A stretch of DNA of 64,000 bases, from positions 1 through 64,000 of the forward strand of contig NIVC01000376.1 of the NCBI GenBank assembly GCA_002269645.1, in the 5' to 3' direction. This document shows, piece by piece, positions 63,705 to 64,000 of the stretch (the first letter of the stretch is position 1; every line of letters starts with the position of its first letter). The DNA is from Macrostomum lignano. Taxonomy: Eukaryota. The notes below the pieces were generated by a model that had not been told where the DNA came from, searched no databases, and saw only the letters and a program-made list of their open reading frames with translations. Both the position numbers and the translations under genes were made by a program.

Positions 63705-64000
63705 CTATCGAGCATCATGGAGGTGGCCAGCGACGTCGAGCTGATCAAAGACCCGCTGAGCAGGCAGGCTAGCGTTCGCTACGTGGCAAAGTACATCGAG
63801 GACTCGCTCGGAGCGCAGCGCGAGTACAGGGCTGGCTGCCTAACAAAGTGCAAGCACTGCATAGCCAGGAATTTCCTATTTATTTGGTTCGGCAAACGGT
63901 ATGGCAACTTCCTTGTGTGCCTGTACCTCATCTGCAAGGTGCTGTACATCGGCAATGTGATTGGCCAGTTCTTCTTGATGAACAAGTACCTGGGCACCAA
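63705..64000 (+). CDS. inx: Innexin exon 2 (cytoplasmic loop and TM3), running off the window
   Basis: Acceptor ccaccAG at 63704. Hand translation LSSIMEVAS...RYVAKYIEDSL...WFGKRYGNFLVCLYLICKVLYIGNVIGQFFLMNKYLGT is typical innexin TM3. It joins ...NWQSGIQ in phase 0. Confidence 0.9.

Overview
Eukaryotic (animal) genomic DNA with spliceosomal introns, dominated by many unrelated tandem repeats. The gene set and repeat style suggest a flatworm such as Macrostomum; this is inference and was not verified. Supported genes: (i) the last exon of a bromodomain gene (+, 115-450); (ii) a complete 4-exon BET-family gene (BD1-BD2-ET-SEED, ~689 aa, minus strand, 2325-6473); (iii) a 2-exon ~861-aa orphan protein with two transmembrane helices and a long RPx[S/T]A-repeat tail (minus, 30301-33370); (iv) the first two exons of an innexin (+, 61300 to the window end). 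Mobile DNA: a young, internally deleted Gypsy LTR element inserted in a (CTAT)n microsatellite, a hAT-like element holding a Tc1/IS630 transposase remnant, two MITEs, an intronic foldback element and a tRNA-derived SINE. Most long ORFs in the track (10.8-16 kb, 21.8-25 kb, 37-40 kb, 47-49 kb, 55 kb) are translations of satellites. No rRNA, tRNA gene or CRISPR array was found. The best leads are a perfect 26-bp inverted repeat pair bracketing 16.3 kb of satellite cargo (9803-26147), a tandem pair of GC-rich structured-RNA-like units with cUUCGg loops and conserved pairings (26963-27277), and the RPx[S/T]A-repeat membrane protein. All coordinates were read by eye and no searches were run.
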